Virus record (IMG/VR): IMGVR_UViG_3300036770_006414
Coordinates: 7,189 to 71,188 of that record
Reading direction: 5' to 3' (one strand)
Source: a virus
DNA length: 64,000 nt
Every line of letters starts with the position of its first letter. Within the stretch, counting starts at the first letter, position 1. Positions 1-9,443 of this stretch are shown piece by piece. The position numbers and the translations under genes were made by a program. The notes under the pieces were generated by a model that had not been told where the DNA came from, did no database searches, and saw only the letters and a list, made by a program, of their open reading frames with translations.

Positions 1-619
1 CCTCCCCAACCCAGTATATTTCAAATCCAGATATCAAAGCATGCTTGAGACCATGATTAAACTTCTCCTTAATATCAAGCTTTTTACTCAAGTATTGAAG
101 AAGCTGATTGCCAAGAGCCTCAACAGGGTCCTGGTATTCACGCCCCAAATACTTTTTTACCTCGTAGGGTAAATCCTGGTCTGGACTCTGGCCAGTCATC
201 ACCGTCTGCATTATAGCCTGCTTGAGCATATCGAACTCCATCTGCTCCCGCCTGGTGGTAGCATCTGGATTGACAGCGACCACCTGATACTCAAAAGGAC
301 GCTTGTATTCAATACCCAATATAGCATTAATCTTCCTGGTGATAATATCCCTGTTCTCAAGGCGGGCAGGCATCTGGCCAACATTCTGACGCCAAGGATT
401 CGTGACGTACATGAAGTCGTCCTCGTTGATCTTATTGCCCATGAGATCATAGTTGATCATCATCCTGTTGCGACGAGAACCAATCTCACGCCACATATCA
501 TCAGTAGCCATAAAGGCCAGGCTATCGTAGTAATCAATGATATTCTTGTACCATTGCTTCCCCTTCGAGTTCTTCTGAGACTGACTGATCCTGTGATCAG
601 TGACATCAAATTTACGCAT
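1..619 (-). CDS. portal protein, crAss-like (N-terminal part; runs off the window)
   Basis: Hand-translated from ATG at 619: MRKFDVTDHRISQSQKNSKGKQWYKNIIDYYD...NRDIITRKINAILGIEYKRPFEYQVVAVNPDATTRRE..., open to the window edge. Directly follows the terminase, as in crAss-like gene order. Confidence 0.8.
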   Translation of the reverse strand, partial: MRKFDVTDHRISQSQKNSKGKQWYKNIIDYYDSLAFMATDDMWREIGSRRNRMMINYDLMGNKINEDDFMYVTNPWRQNVGQMPARLENRDIITRKINAILGIEYKRPFEYQVVAVNPDATTRREQMEFDMLKQAIMQTVMTGQSPDQDLPYEVKKYLGREYQDPVEALGNQLLQYLSKKLDIKEKFNHGLKHALISGFEIYWVGE

Positions 620-2651
620 ACTTCTTTTTGATTAGATCAGCAAACTCGGACATCGTATTACGCTCTTCGTGCGATCCATAGACCTTGCCTTCACTCTCCT
701 CCTGGAGCTGAATCATTACCATACCAAAGGCAAAGACTCTATCGAAGTTACCCTTCTTTGGGTTGTATTTAAGCAACTCCTCCAGCAACCCCTTACTGTA
801 AATATAATCAATGTTAGTGTAAACCCTTCCATCTTCGTCAGCCTCCCGCTCCATTAGTAGCCAATTCTTTATGTATTTAGCCATAGCGTCCTTAATCTGA
901 GCATTCATGTGGACACCGTATTTGCGGGCAACCTTGCTGTTTCTTATAACCCCAGAGAGCACAGCATCAGGCTGAACACATAAAAGATGCTCCTTGCGAC
1001 GTCTGGTAAAGTAACTTATAGCATCCTTTACCATGTTCTCAATCATTACTTGAGCACCGTAATATTCTGCCAATAGCTCTACAATCCTGTGACAATCGTC
1101 AGGAGAGGAAGGGCGACCAATATACTCGGCGACAATCATATCCCGAGTGCCAATCGAGGCCGTAGCCTTGTAAACATACACAGCCCCAAGCGACGTACCA
1201 TTACTAGTATCCTGGACATAAGGGTCGTAGCCCATTTTGTATAAGCCTGGCGGGGCCTGGCGAACAGGATGCTCGTAAATAACGACTGCACCAGTAAGAT
1301 CATCGGTTCGTATAGGATAATCGTTGATAGGCCGTAACTCATTATTCCAGTCAGGAATAGCCTTTACCTCACCATCGATATTTACCAGCGTAACCGCCTG
1401 GCCCGCATTAGCAAGCTTTGGATTGGTCCTGAGCCTGTTTAGCTGCGCATTAAGCTGCTCCGACGGAAAGTCGTTTAAGTCCTTTATCGTAAATGCCTCC
1501 GAAGGCGAGAAGGGGAATTCTATCGCATGAGCGGCCAGGGCCTTGATGCCATTAGGCTGCGAAGCCTTCTTTTTTCTGGCTTCATGCTCAAACAACTTAG
1601 CACCTTCAATATCCGAGTTACCTTGCTCGTCTATGAAGCCAGATAAGTTCTGGTAAACAGGAAAGAAGTGACCGCAAGAAGTACCCTCAGCACCGTCATC
1701 CCATATATTTTCAATGGGAAGAAGCTCGTACGGATCTGGATTGTAAAACAGATCCGAGAAGTCATCAGCCCCCTCGTCCATCTGCGAGCCAGTACCAAAG
1801 ACGATGATAATACCAGAAGATTGCCCCCCCTCGGTAAAGGCTGGGAGTGTCGAGTTGTATGCTTTCTTAAGGACCCCGTTCTTGAAAGCGCCAGCCTCCT
1901 CGAAGAGCATTATTGTCCCGTCCTTGCCACGAACACTGTCTGGATCGTTGTAAAAGGTGCTTCCAACAATAGAGCTCAAGTACCCCTTATCCTTCTTGAC
2001 CCCGTTCTCCATAACGGTATACCCAGACTTAACCTCCATCTGCCTATCGACAATCCGCTTCTTCGCCCAGGCAGTATGTTCGTTTAGGTGGGAGAGATAC
2101 CTATGGACCATAGACATAGTACCGTCGGGAAACAAAAAACTCTCGTCCCAGGCCCCCACAATAGACAAAGACTCGCGGATGGAGTTGTACGTATTCGCAA
2201 CCAAAGCTGCGTTCTTGTAACTAAACCCCTTCCTGCGAGCCTTTGCTATAATCAAATGTTTACCTCCCTCAAGATATAAAGGCGTGACGGATAGCTGAAG
2301 CTCCTTTAACCGCTCGGGGGTTGTACCCCACCTGGCGATCTCAATGAGATGAAAGTAATCATAGTCCCCATCATAGAAGTCTGGAAAGTCAATCCGCTTA
2401 CTTACGGCCCGCTTCCCAGACCTGTCTTTTCGCTTGATTGGCGAGTAGTTGAGGTAAAAGTAATGGTTGCCAGTTATATGAGCACCAGCAACAGTGTATC
2501 CGTTCCTGCAACGATCAAGCTCCTGCTGCCACCAATCAATCCACTCCTGGGAGTTAGGCATCAAGTCGGTGTACCTTCCGTGCTTCTTGTAATAAGAAGC
2601 GGCCTCGCTGAAATACGCCGTATTAACCCATATCCCGTCTGGATTCCTCAT
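612..2651 (-). CDS. terL: terminase large subunit
   Basis: 679 aa. KARRKGFSYKNA Walker-A-like motif typical of crAss-like TerL, FEEAG Walker B, and C-terminal RNase H-like nuclease motifs (GYDPY, NFDRV). Confidence 0.92.
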   Translation of the reverse strand: MRNPDGIWVNTAYFSEAASYYKKHGRYTDLMPNSQEWIDWWQQELDRCRNGYTVAGAHITGNHYFYLNYSPIKRKDRSGKRAVSKRIDFPDFYDGDYDYFHLIEIARWGTTPERLKELQLSVTPLYLEGGKHLIIAKARRKGFSYKNAALVANTYNSIRESLSIVGAWDESFLFPDGTMSMVHRYLSHLNEHTAWAKKRIVDRQMEVKSGYTVMENGVKKDKGYLSSIVGSTFYNDPDSVRGKDGTIMLFEEAGAFKNGVLKKAYNSTLPAFTEGGQSSGIIIVFGTGSQMDEGADDFSDLFYNPDPYELLPIENIWDDGAEGTSCGHFFPVYQNLSGFIDEQGNSDIEGAKLFEHEARKKKASQPNGIKALAAHAIEFPFSPSEAFTIKDLNDFPSEQLNAQLNRLRTNPKLANAGQAVTLVNIDGEVKAIPDWNNELRPINDYPIRTDDLTGAVVIYEHPVRQAPPGLYKMGYDPYVQDTSNGTSLGAVYVYKATASIGTRDMIVAEYIGRPSSPDDCHRIVELLAEYYGAQVMIENMVKDAISYFTRRRKEHLLCVQPDAVLSGVIRNSKVARKYGVHMNAQIKDAMAKYIKNWLLMEREADEDGRVYTNIDYIYSKGLLEELLKYNPKKGNFDRVFAFGMVMIQLQEESEGKVYGSHEERNTMSEFADLIKKKYA

Positions 2652-3130
2652 GTAACATTCATATCTATGTTTACAACCACATCAACTGATAAAGGCGTGC
2701 TCATTTTGGGACCAAGGATTAACGCTGGACCAGACGTGTGAATCGATTGGTCTATCTTTCGTATGTATACACCGTTGTTACAGGAAAACCTGAGAGCAAT
2801 GAAGTCATCCAATATAACAGATTCTATGAAGCAAAAGGTCCTGAGGGGAAAGGGACAGTAATCACTGAGGTTTACTTCGCCATTTGCCGCCTTATAATAC
2901 CCACAGAGCTCGATTCGCTTCGTTAACAGATTGTTCCTAAACATGATCCCCGTCTCGCTTGTGTCGAAAAATAAAAGGCCACACAGGCGATGCCATTGCC
3001 AGTCAAACTTCTCCTCGTCTTTGAATTCATCGAACATGACGTCGACGGACATTCTGTTAGGCGCAAAGCGCAACCCCCAAAGCAGAGGCCTTGATCGTAT
3101 TTCGCCCTGGTCAATCCTAAATTTTTTCAT
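2648..3130 (-). CDS. hypothetical protein
   Basis: 160 aa ORF with 4-nt overlaps to both neighbours in the late operon. Confidence 0.6.
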   Translation of the reverse strand: MKKFRIDQGEIRSRPLLWGLRFAPNRMSVDVMFDEFKDEEKFDWQWHRLCGLLFFDTSETGIMFRNNLLTKRIELCGYYKAANGEVNLSDYCPFPLRTFCFIESVILDDFIALRFSCNNGVYIRKIDQSIHTSGPALILGPKMSTPLSVDVVVNIDMNVT

Positions 3131-3657
3131 TGCTCAAAGTAATTTACCGTTTGCTGGGCCTTCAGCTTGGGAGCAGCAGTAGCCTCCTCCTTGACCTTGG
3201 CCTCCAGTGAACGCAAGTTTGAAGCCATCGCATCAATCTCCTTGATGTAGGCCGAGAACTCCTTAATCGTAAAAGGAGAGTCATCGCCCCAATCAGTCGA
3301 CCGCATTATCGAGCTGAGCTTATCCATGGCCGACTTGGCAGCCTCCCACATTATATACGTAGGGCTCGTCTCCTTGAGCATCTGCTCGTAATAATCGGAA
3401 GCAGCCTGGATCTTTCTGTCTGGCTTAAATTCCTTGCCATAGACCATTACCGCCGCCTTTGATATTCGAGTGCTAGGAGGGTAAACCGATAGACTGCTTC
3501 GCGGGTCCTTGGTAAGGAATATGTACATAAACTCACGCCTGGCCCGCGTTTTTGTGACGGTATCGTCCCGATCAAGGATATCCTTAAAGGGCTTATGCAG
3601 ATGAGCCTCTGGACTCAACTCAACATCTCCATCCCCGTAAAGAACGATATCAATCAT
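3127..3657 (-). CDS. hypothetical helical protein near the terminase (possible terminase small subunit)
   Basis: 176 aa, translationally coupled, coiled-coil C-terminus. Function suggested by position only. Confidence 0.55.
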   Translation of the reverse strand: MIDIVLYGDGDVELSPEAHLHKPFKDILDRDDTVTKTRARREFMYIFLTKDPRSSLSVYPPSTRISKAAVMVYGKEFKPDRKIQAASDYYEQMLKETSPTYIMWEAAKSAMDKLSSIMRSTDWGDDSPFTIKEFSAYIKEIDAMASNLRSLEAKVKEEATAAPKLKAQQTVNYFEQ

Positions 3658-3908
3658 ACCACTTCAGCCTTAAAGGTGAGCACCCTGGTAACACTTCTCG
3701 CATCATCAATCACTGTAATCGTCTTCTGTTGTATGCCAGTAGCAGTAGGCGTAAACACAAACTCAATCCTGTTAGGCTTGAGCGATTTTATGACCGTACA
3801 GCTACCACATCCAACCTGAGCTCTGTAGTTGCCCATATCAAGGCTGAACTCACCAGTAACCGATTGGCCGACCTTTATCTTTCCGAAGTCAAAGACTGAA
3901 TCTTCCAT
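3654..3908 (-). CDS. DUF1573-like Ig-fold small protein
   Basis: FDFGKIK...GCGSCT...IEFVFTP...QKTITV resembles the Bacteroidota DUF1573 pattern. Likely ATG start at 3908. Confidence 0.55.
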   Translation of the reverse strand: MEDSVFDFGKIKVGQSVTGEFSLDMGNYRAQVGCGSCTVIKSLKPNRIEFVFTPTATGIQQKTITVIDDARSVTRVLTFKAEVV

Positions 3909-4225
3909 TCTGCTTTTGTTTTTAGCTTTGGATAACAATTACCATCACAGGCTCGATCGCAAAACAGTAGGTCAGGCATCTTGCAGCCACAATGCTTACA
4001 AGCCCCCTGGGCCAGGCAATAATGATCGGCCAGAATAAAGCGATTGTAAATCTGCTCCTTAATATGATCGCGAAGAAGCCAGCGAGCATTGTTCCAGAGA
4101 AAGTAACGGTACTCCCCCATCAGGTAGCAAGTTACATCACTCCACTTAAAACTCCCGTAGCGTATCTTTAAGATCAGAACCTTGATAGTCGGTGAAGTAA
4201 GAAAGGATTTGATACGGGTGAACAT
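3875..4225 (-). CDS. Cys-rich putative zinc-binding protein
   Basis: C-x4-GACKHCGC...CDRACDGNCYP cluster. Confidence 0.6.
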   Translation of the reverse strand: MFTRIKSFLTSPTIKVLILKIRYGSFKWSDVTCYLMGEYRYFLWNNARWLLRDHIKEQIYNRFILADHYCLAQGACKHCGCKMPDLLFCDRACDGNCYPKLKTKAEWKIQSLTSER

Positions 4226-4568
4226 ACATTAAGAATGGTTTGTTATCGAAATTATCTCCAATAAATTGACTGTCAGGATTTACAATCCATCGGGGACCAG
4301 CATTTGTTTGTGAAATATCGAGCTTATAGAGAAGACTCACCTGACCAAGCCGAACAACAGACCCGACGGGAATCTTAAGATCGTTCTCCGTTAGCACAAT
4401 CGCTCGACCCGTTAGCATCTGCTGTCGCGCTTCCGTCGGAACTTCGATGCCCACCCTGCGGGACTCCAAAGGAGCCACGTAAATCAGCCCAGAAAGAGGT
4501 ATCTCGGAGCGATTGATCAAAGTGGGGAAATGCCTCGCTAAAAACTCCTGCAACTCGTTTTTTGCCAT
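4146..4568 (-). CDS. possible GroES-like co-chaperonin fold protein
   Basis: GLIYVAP...GIEVP.EA...TGRAIV...LKIPVGSVV loosely follows the GroES pattern (VLVKP..GGIILP..G.VVAV..VKVGD.V). Confidence 0.4.
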   Translation of the reverse strand: MAKNELQEFLARHFPTLINRSEIPLSGLIYVAPLESRRVGIEVPTEARQQMLTGRAIVLTENDLKIPVGSVVRLGQVSLLYKLDISQTNAGPRWIVNPDSQFIGDNFDNKPFLMYVHPYQILSYFTDYQGSDLKDTLREF

Positions 4569-4878
4569 GATTTTGTTTCAATATATTAGATAATTTAATC
4601 ATAATAACCTCAATGTCCTTCTCCTCCATAAGACCCATGGAGAACAAAGTACAAAAGCCCTTAGCCTCCTTTATCGAGGTTATTGGCTTTACTCGTATCG
4701 TAGCAAAGTTCTTTAGGGTGATATCAGTAACTTCTGGATCCAACATCGACTCCCTTAAATGCTCAAAGAAAAGCCCCATGACCCTGATCCACTCATTCTT
4801 GTTGTACGGAGTAAGCCCCTCCTCATAAATATCCTCGACCACTTCTCTGATGCCGAACTTGTTACGCAGTGGTTTCAT
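4375..4878 (-). CDS. HU/IHF-like DNA-binding protein (putative)
   Basis: Helix followed by ITLKNFATIRVKP, similar to the HU I-x-L-x-x-FG-x-F motif. The C-terminal tail overlaps the next gene. Confidence 0.4.
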   Translation of the reverse strand: MKPLRNKFGIREVVEDIYEEGLTPYNKNEWIRVMGLFFEHLRESMLDPEVTDITLKNFATIRVKPITSIKEAKGFCTLFSMGLMEEKDIEVIMIKLSNILKQNHGKKRVAGVFSEAFPHFDQSLRDTSFWADLRGSFGVPQGGHRSSDGSATADANGSSDCANGERS

Positions 4879-5221
4879 TGAGAGTTATTTTAAACAAGTA
4901 AGGCCCATCGGCTGGAACAATAAGAGGATTTATCCTCAAGTCTCCAGAATCCTCGACAATAAGGTTTTTTCTCCTCATGCGGCCAAGGTGATTCGATAAT
5001 GCCGACGGTGATAAGCCAAGGCTTCGCTGTATCTTGCCCCTAACACCAGGAGTAAGTACAAACGTAGCCTTATTGTAAACAGCAATGGAAGTCAATATAC
5101 TTACCTCCTTATCGGTAATGGCGTTCTGCTTTGCACCACTGGCAGCCTTAGCAAGCACAGCAACAAGCTCGTAATACGCCCTAACCACTGTTGTTCTGTC
5201 GCCAGAAATTACTTTTTGCAT
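4862..5221 (-). CDS. winged-helix DNA-binding protein (MarR-like)
   Basis: ITDKEVSIL...IQRSLGLSPSALSNHLGRMRRKNLI helix-turn-helix. Confidence 0.65.
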   Translation of the reverse strand: MQKVISGDRTTVVRAYYELVAVLAKAASGAKQNAITDKEVSILTSIAVYNKATFVLTPGVRGKIQRSLGLSPSALSNHLGRMRRKNLIVEDSGDLRINPLIVPADGPYLFKITLNETTA

Positions 5222-5606
5222 AAAAACCCAATATTAGCCCTAAAGCAAATACCAACCAGTTGTTTTTAGTTACAGCCCTGGAAACCAATCCAGGCTTTGT
5301 TCTTAAAATTTTAACGGTATCTCGGACTGTGTCTGTTACGATAATGTCTCGAGGGGGAAGGAGTTTAACAACCCTCCGCTCTAAGTATAGCGTATCAGAT
5401 AGGCCTGGGGGACAAGCTGTGGTATCAACAAACTCAACCACCGTCGAGTCTATTCTAATCGTGCGCTTGACGATTTTTGTCTTAACCTCCTTCTTGGGAG
5501 GCAAAGTCGGCCTGGAGCATCCTATTGTCGAAGCCAGCGCAACCACGCTCGCCAGACACCATAGCCCCAGGCCAATACCAGCAAAACAGATCCTAAACCA
5601 ACCCAT
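5181..5606 (-). CDS. putative lipoprotein with C-terminal TM segment (u-spanin-like topology)
   Basis: N-terminal hydrophobic stretch ending ASTIG-C, a beta-rich middle, and C-terminal NWLVFALGLILG. Confidence 0.45.
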   Translation of the reverse strand: MGWFRICFAGIGLGLWCLASVVALASTIGCSRPTLPPKKEVKTKIVKRTIRIDSTVVEFVDTTACPPGLSDTLYLERRVVKLLPPRDIIVTDTVRDTVKILRTKPGLVSRAVTKNNWLVFALGLILGFYAKSNFWRQNNSG

Positions 5607-5636
5607 CTAAGAAATCTCTTTAGCATGTTTACTAAG

Positions 5637-5924
5637 TTAACGCTTTTTAGCAGATTCTAAAGCTTCTTCTGAAAAAATTACGCCACGGTCCTCTAGGAAC
5701 TTCCTGTGCGCCTCAATAAGAGAGTCGTAATATCTGGTTTTATCTCCGTACTCTACATGGCAACTCCTACAAAGGGCCATAAGGTTTTCAATCACATCTT
5801 TGCTTTTCGAGCCCCCCATGCCCTTGCAATATATATGATGGATATCGGTCGCTGGGGCGTAACAGAACTCGCAGACATGGTTGTCTGGCACATGCTTGAG
5901 ATATACCTTTTTATGGATTACCAT
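5637..5924 (-). CDS. HNH endonuclease-like protein
   Basis: CEFC...DIHHI...ENLMALCRSCH, a zinc-finger HNH pattern. Confidence 0.8.
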   Translation of the reverse strand: MVIHKKVYLKHVPDNHVCEFCYAPATDIHHIYCKGMGGSKSKDVIENLMALCRSCHVEYGDKTRYYDSLIEAHRKFLEDRGVIFSEEALESAKKR

Positions 5925-5954
5925 TTTATTTGAGTTGGTTGATTAATAACAAAG

Positions 5955-5970
5955 CAAAGATACAAATATA
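5955..5970 (-). promoter_or_regulatory. Bacteroidota sigma70-type -7 boxes for the late (minus) arm
   Basis: Reverse complement reads TATATTTG TATCTTTG, two TAnnTTTG boxes ~30 nt upstream of the HNH gene start. Confidence 0.55.
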
Positions 5971-5987
5971 AAATACACAGAGAATGT

Positions 5988-5995
5988 TAACTTTG
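5988..5995 (+). promoter_or_regulatory. Bacteroidota -7 box (divergent promoter)
   Basis: TAACTTTG 19 nt before the ATG at 6015. Confidence 0.5.
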
Positions 5996-6014
5996 CCAAA
6001 ATACATATAACGAA

Positions 6015-6455
6015 ATGAACTGGAGTGTAACATTTGGCTACGGCGGCATGACTGGAGAATTGTTTATTAAAACAGACTTTGGTCCAGCGTTCCTACGGAT
6101 AAGAAAGGTTGATGATAACATCTGGGCCTTCAAAGGAGGAACAATATCAATGGTAAACGGATTGATGTTTGGAGGTATAGAGATAAACTTCCATAGGTAC
6201 TTCCTTCGAAAGGACGGAACGGTAAAAAAGAAAAGCGGAGGGATATCGACGCTCCCCGTATATACCTATTACCAGGAGGGCGAAGATATAATCTTCAGGC
6301 TCTGGGAAAACAGGACCCATAAAATCAAGAAGCCGAGTGGCGATGTATTCGACTATATTGGGGTTGTATACAGTTTGTCGGGAGGGAAGGCAGGAGTTGT
6401 TACACCCATAAAAGGTACATTATCAATAAACAAGAGCGAAAGCGAAGATGGCTAA
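6015..6455 (+). CDS. hypothetical beta-rich protein
   Basis: 146 aa ORF, first gene of the plus arm. Confidence 0.6.
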   Translation: MNWSVTFGYGGMTGELFIKTDFGPAFLRIRKVDDNIWAFKGGTISMVNGLMFGGIEINFHRYFLRKDGTVKKKSGGISTLPVYTYYQEGEDIIFRLWENRTHKIKKPSGDVFDYIGVVYSLSGGKAGVVTPIKGTLSINKSESEDG

Positions 6456-6494
6456 AAAACTTTTTTCAGCCAAATCAACTTTTTTTTGGCCGAA

Positions 6495-6730
6495 TCACAA
6501 CCTTTCTCAGATTTCAATTGTTAGACTGATGTCTACTGTCAACGTCAAGTGTGCTGTGGTTCTTGGTCTGGAGGAGATAAGTTATTCAGTATAGCCTTAA
6601 GGCTTTACAGATAGCCACTAGATTGGAAGTTATTAACATAACTTCTCCCCTCTAGACAAAGACAACCAGTTACTTGTAGACATCTGCTAACAACAGAGTT
6701 GTGAAGCCGAGATCCAAGAATCAGAGAATG
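6495..6730 (+). ncRNA. candidate structured ncRNA (long imperfect hairpin)
   Basis: Nested complementarity: 6518-6536 with 6676-6693, 6557-6585 with 6638-6668, 6504-6513 with 6719-6728. Lies in a 420-bp ORF-free gap. Strand is assumed from the flanking genes. Confidence 0.5.
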
Positions 6731-6769
6731 AGATTATAATCTCATTTTTTTTTCAACTAGATTAAAATA

Positions 6770-6795
6770 TTGCAGGAATTTTATCGTTATATTTG
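6770..6795 (+). promoter_or_regulatory. Bacteroidota sigma70-type promoter upstream of the sliding clamp gene
   Basis: TATATTTG at 6788-6795, with a weak upstream TTG. Confidence 0.55.
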
Positions 6796-6827
6796 CGTGA
6801 GTTTTTTTTCATACAAATGTGGTTTGG

Positions 6828-6857
6828 GAACCGTCAGGCAATGGCGGTTCTTTTTTT
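6828..6857 (+). terminator. intrinsic terminator-like hairpin in the clamp leader
   Basis: GAACCGTCA-ggcaa-TGGCGGTTC followed by T7. Confidence 0.6.
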
Positions 6858-6876
6858 CAACATTTAAAAAAAATAC

Positions 6877-7926
6877 ATGAAATTATTATCAAAGAATTTA
6901 AAAGAATCGCTTGCGATAGTTTCGGCAGCGATTCCAACCAATCCAGTACTCCCCGTATTGGATGGCATTCTTCTTCAGGCATCTGGATCTCAGCTGGTAA
7001 TGACCGCAACAGACCTCACGGTGTCGGTAGTTACAAAGGTATCCTACAGTGGCGGAGACCAATTCGAGGTTGTTGTCCCACGGCTGTTTATCGACACCAT
7101 AAAGTCATCAGCCGCCGAAACTGCTGAGATAAACTTCCACAATAGCGATCACCTGATTGTAAAGCTGGGGGGGGGAACCTTTAAGATTCCAGTGATGCCC
7201 GCCAAGGACTTTCCAGCCCCTCCCTCTCCTGACGGCGAGATGGAGTATATTGGTGTTATCAACCTCGAGAAGGTAAGCTGGGCCGCCGCCAGCGATGAAT
7301 TAAGACCAGTATTGGCAGGCGTTTACTGGCATCAAGAAAACGGGATTCTGAAGCTTGTCGCCACCGATCAATACAAGATGGCGATCGCGGAGCACAACAT
7401 CCACAGCACCGCTTCCCTCTCTTTTGTTATTCCCAAGAGGTCAGTAATAAAGCTTGGAGGCGAACTGGCGGTAACTGCTGACGAAAAGCGGGTGTGGATA
7501 GAAACCCCAGATCGCACGATTATTGCTCAGAAGATTGAGGCAACATATCCTGATTACCAGCGAGTGATTCCTGCACACTTCCCAATATTGCTTACGGCCC
7601 CAATCGGGGAGGTAACTGCCGCTGCTCGGGCCATAGGAGTTTATGCCAATAAGGTGAGCCGATCAATGAAGTTAGAGGTTGTTGGCAGCAAGTTGTCATT
7701 GTCGGCCATTGATCTGGATGGGGGATGCGAGGGCGTGTACGATATAGAATGCGTATCAAACAAGGACTTCGAGATTTATCTCAACAGCTCCTTTTTCGCC
7801 GAGGCGGTTGGACGCCTTGAGAGCTTTAAGATGCATGCTATTTCTCACGACAAGCCCGTGATATTCGAGGACGAGAATTCAAGCCTGAAAGTACTTGTTA
7901 TGCCAATTCAAAACAATCAACCATGA
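6877..7926 (+). CDS. dnaN: DNA polymerase III beta subunit (sliding clamp)
   Basis: 349 aa. PVLPVLDGILL, ATDL, DELRPVLAGVY, VATDQYKMA, YPDYQRVIP and C-terminal LVMPI are all canonical clamp motifs. Confidence 0.93.
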   Translation: MKLLSKNLKESLAIVSAAIPTNPVLPVLDGILLQASGSQLVMTATDLTVSVVTKVSYSGGDQFEVVVPRLFIDTIKSSAAETAEINFHNSDHLIVKLGGGTFKIPVMPAKDFPAPPSPDGEMEYIGVINLEKVSWAAASDELRPVLAGVYWHQENGILKLVATDQYKMAIAEHNIHSTASLSFVIPKRSVIKLGGELAVTADEKRVWIETPDRTIIAQKIEATYPDYQRVIPAHFPILLTAPIGEVTAAARAIGVYANKVSRSMKLEVVGSKLSLSAIDLDGGCEGVYDIECVSNKDFEIYLNSSFFAEAVGRLESFKMHAISHDKPVIFEDENSSLKVLVMPIQNNQP

Positions 7927-8366
7927 TAGAACCAGTTGATGCTGCTAAAAAAATCGTAGATGCCGTCGAGAAGGACGGCATCTATATGGGCGAGAGCAAA
8001 GATTACGAGAACTTCAAAACCGTATGCTCGTACGTCTACAAGATGGGGTCCTTTACCATAAAGAACCTGAACGATGGCAGATTTATGGCCAAAAAGAGAA
8101 TCAACTACACGGACAACCTCAGGCGTGAAATCAAGAGCCCAGGTACTTGGGTCGTCGCATGCGGCAATAGGTACATCATATCTTCGTATATGAATAAGTA
8201 CTGGCCTAACTGGGCCTACGAGATTAACGAGATCGATGGCACTATGTTCGAGATAAAGTTCTTATACCTACGCGATCCAATTCGAGACAAGATCAAGGAT
8301 TTGAATATCAAAGAACTCGAATCGCTGAAGAATTGGATCGAGGGACTAATTCAAAGTAAACTTTAA
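7923..8366 (+). CDS. hypothetical protein
   Basis: 147 aa, ATGA overlap with the clamp gene. Confidence 0.65.
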   Translation: MIEPVDAAKKIVDAVEKDGIYMGESKDYENFKTVCSYVYKMGSFTIKNLNDGRFMAKKRINYTDNLRREIKSPGTWVVACGNRYIISSYMNKYWPNWAYEINEIDGTMFEIKFLYLRDPIRDKIKDLNIKELESLKNWIEGLIQSKL

Positions 8367-8370
8367 TAAA

Positions 8371-8628
8371 ATGAAGATGAAGACAAAAGTAAGGCTTGGA
8401 GTGCGGGTTGTATACCAAGGGCCTTTTCCAGGGACCATAGAGGATACAATTATGTACTCTGTTGAGGTTAACGTACTCTCCCTCCCTCAAGACATGGAAA
8501 AGATCAAGGAGCGCATTATGGCAGACTTGCCAATAACTGAAAACGACATCGTGATCGTACAGCCTATGTTTGTATGCCCTCTCCTTGGGGGCGAGAGAGA
8601 GCTTCCAGAAATAAAAGAAGAGCCATGA
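8371..8628 (+). CDS. hypothetical protein
   Basis: 85 aa ORF in operon. Confidence 0.6.
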   Translation: MKMKTKVRLGVRVVYQGPFPGTIEDTIMYSVEVNVLSLPQDMEKIKERIMADLPITENDIVIVQPMFVCPLLGGERELPEIKEEP

Positions 8629-9443
8629 GAGAAGAGGTAATTACAATAACAGGAATCCTCCTCGTAGCCCTTTCCATGAAAAGCGAGGATGAGCGACTCA
8701 ACGAGATGCGCATAGCCGAGGGCGGCGAGCCAATTCCCCAGGAGGTTGATCAAATGTCTGTAGCCCAGGAGGTGGGCAAGGTTTTCGAGGAGGTTGCCTC
8801 GGATATAGAGATTATCAAAGACCCATGGGAGGAGTACGCTGAAGAGCTTCACGAGGAGCGGGCAAACTTAGGAGAAGGACTTAGTCCTATGGAGAGGGCG
8901 TTTTACCAAAGATTCTATCCTACTGCCATGATGGAGCAGCGGAGGTACGGCATCCCGTTTTCTATCAAGATGGCCCAGGGGGCTCTTGAGGGCAATTGGG
9001 GTAATTCAAAGCTTGCCAGGGAAGCCAATAACCATTTTGGCATCAAGACGAACAGGCCAGGGGGCTATCCGCATCCTGATGACAGGAAGGATGACATGTT
9101 CCGTAGGTATGTCAGCTCCTGGGAGTCTTGGCGTGACCATAGTAAGTTCCTTCGGGAGAATCCAAGGTACGCCCCGCTGTTTGCAGATAAGTTCGATAGG
9201 AGCGCATTTGCGAAGTACAGCAAGAACGAAAAATGCCTTGCCAAGGGATCTTCTGGTTGTATCAGGAGGGGCCTAGATCCAAGGTTTAACGAGAAGCTTA
9301 GGGATCTGGAGCGCAATTGGAATACCCCGTACAAGAGGTTTGCCATTGGCCTTTCGATCCTCAACTACGCTACCGATGTAAATTACGACAGGACTTTGAT
9401 TAATCTTATCGAGAAAAAGCGATTCTATGAAAGCGACATCTGA
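8625..9443 (+). CDS. glucosaminidase/FlgJ-like (GH73) peptidoglycan hydrolase with N-terminal hydrophobic segment
   Basis: YGIPFSIKMAQGALEGNWGNSKLAREANNHFGIK, FRRY.S..ES..DH..FL..NPRY and YATD motifs. Likely ATG at 8625. Confidence 0.88.
   Translation: MREEVITITGILLVALSMKSEDERLNEMRIAEGGEPIPQEVDQMSVAQEVGKVFEEVASDIEIIKDPWEEYAEELHEERANLGEGLSPMERAFYQRFYPTAMMEQRRYGIPFSIKMAQGALEGNWGNSKLAREANNHFGIKTNRPGGYPHPDDRKDDMFRRYVSSWESWRDHSKFLRENPRYAPLFADKFDRSAFAKYSKNEKCLAKGSSGCIRRGLDPRFNEKLRDLERNWNTPYKRFAIGLSILNYATDVNYDRTLINLIEKKRFYESDI

Noticed and set aside
612-2651. Intron or intein in the terminase, helicase or primase (common in crAss-like phages)
   Set aside because: Lengths are ordinary, motifs are contiguous, and no intein C-terminal HN-[CST] or LAGLIDADG signature was seen.
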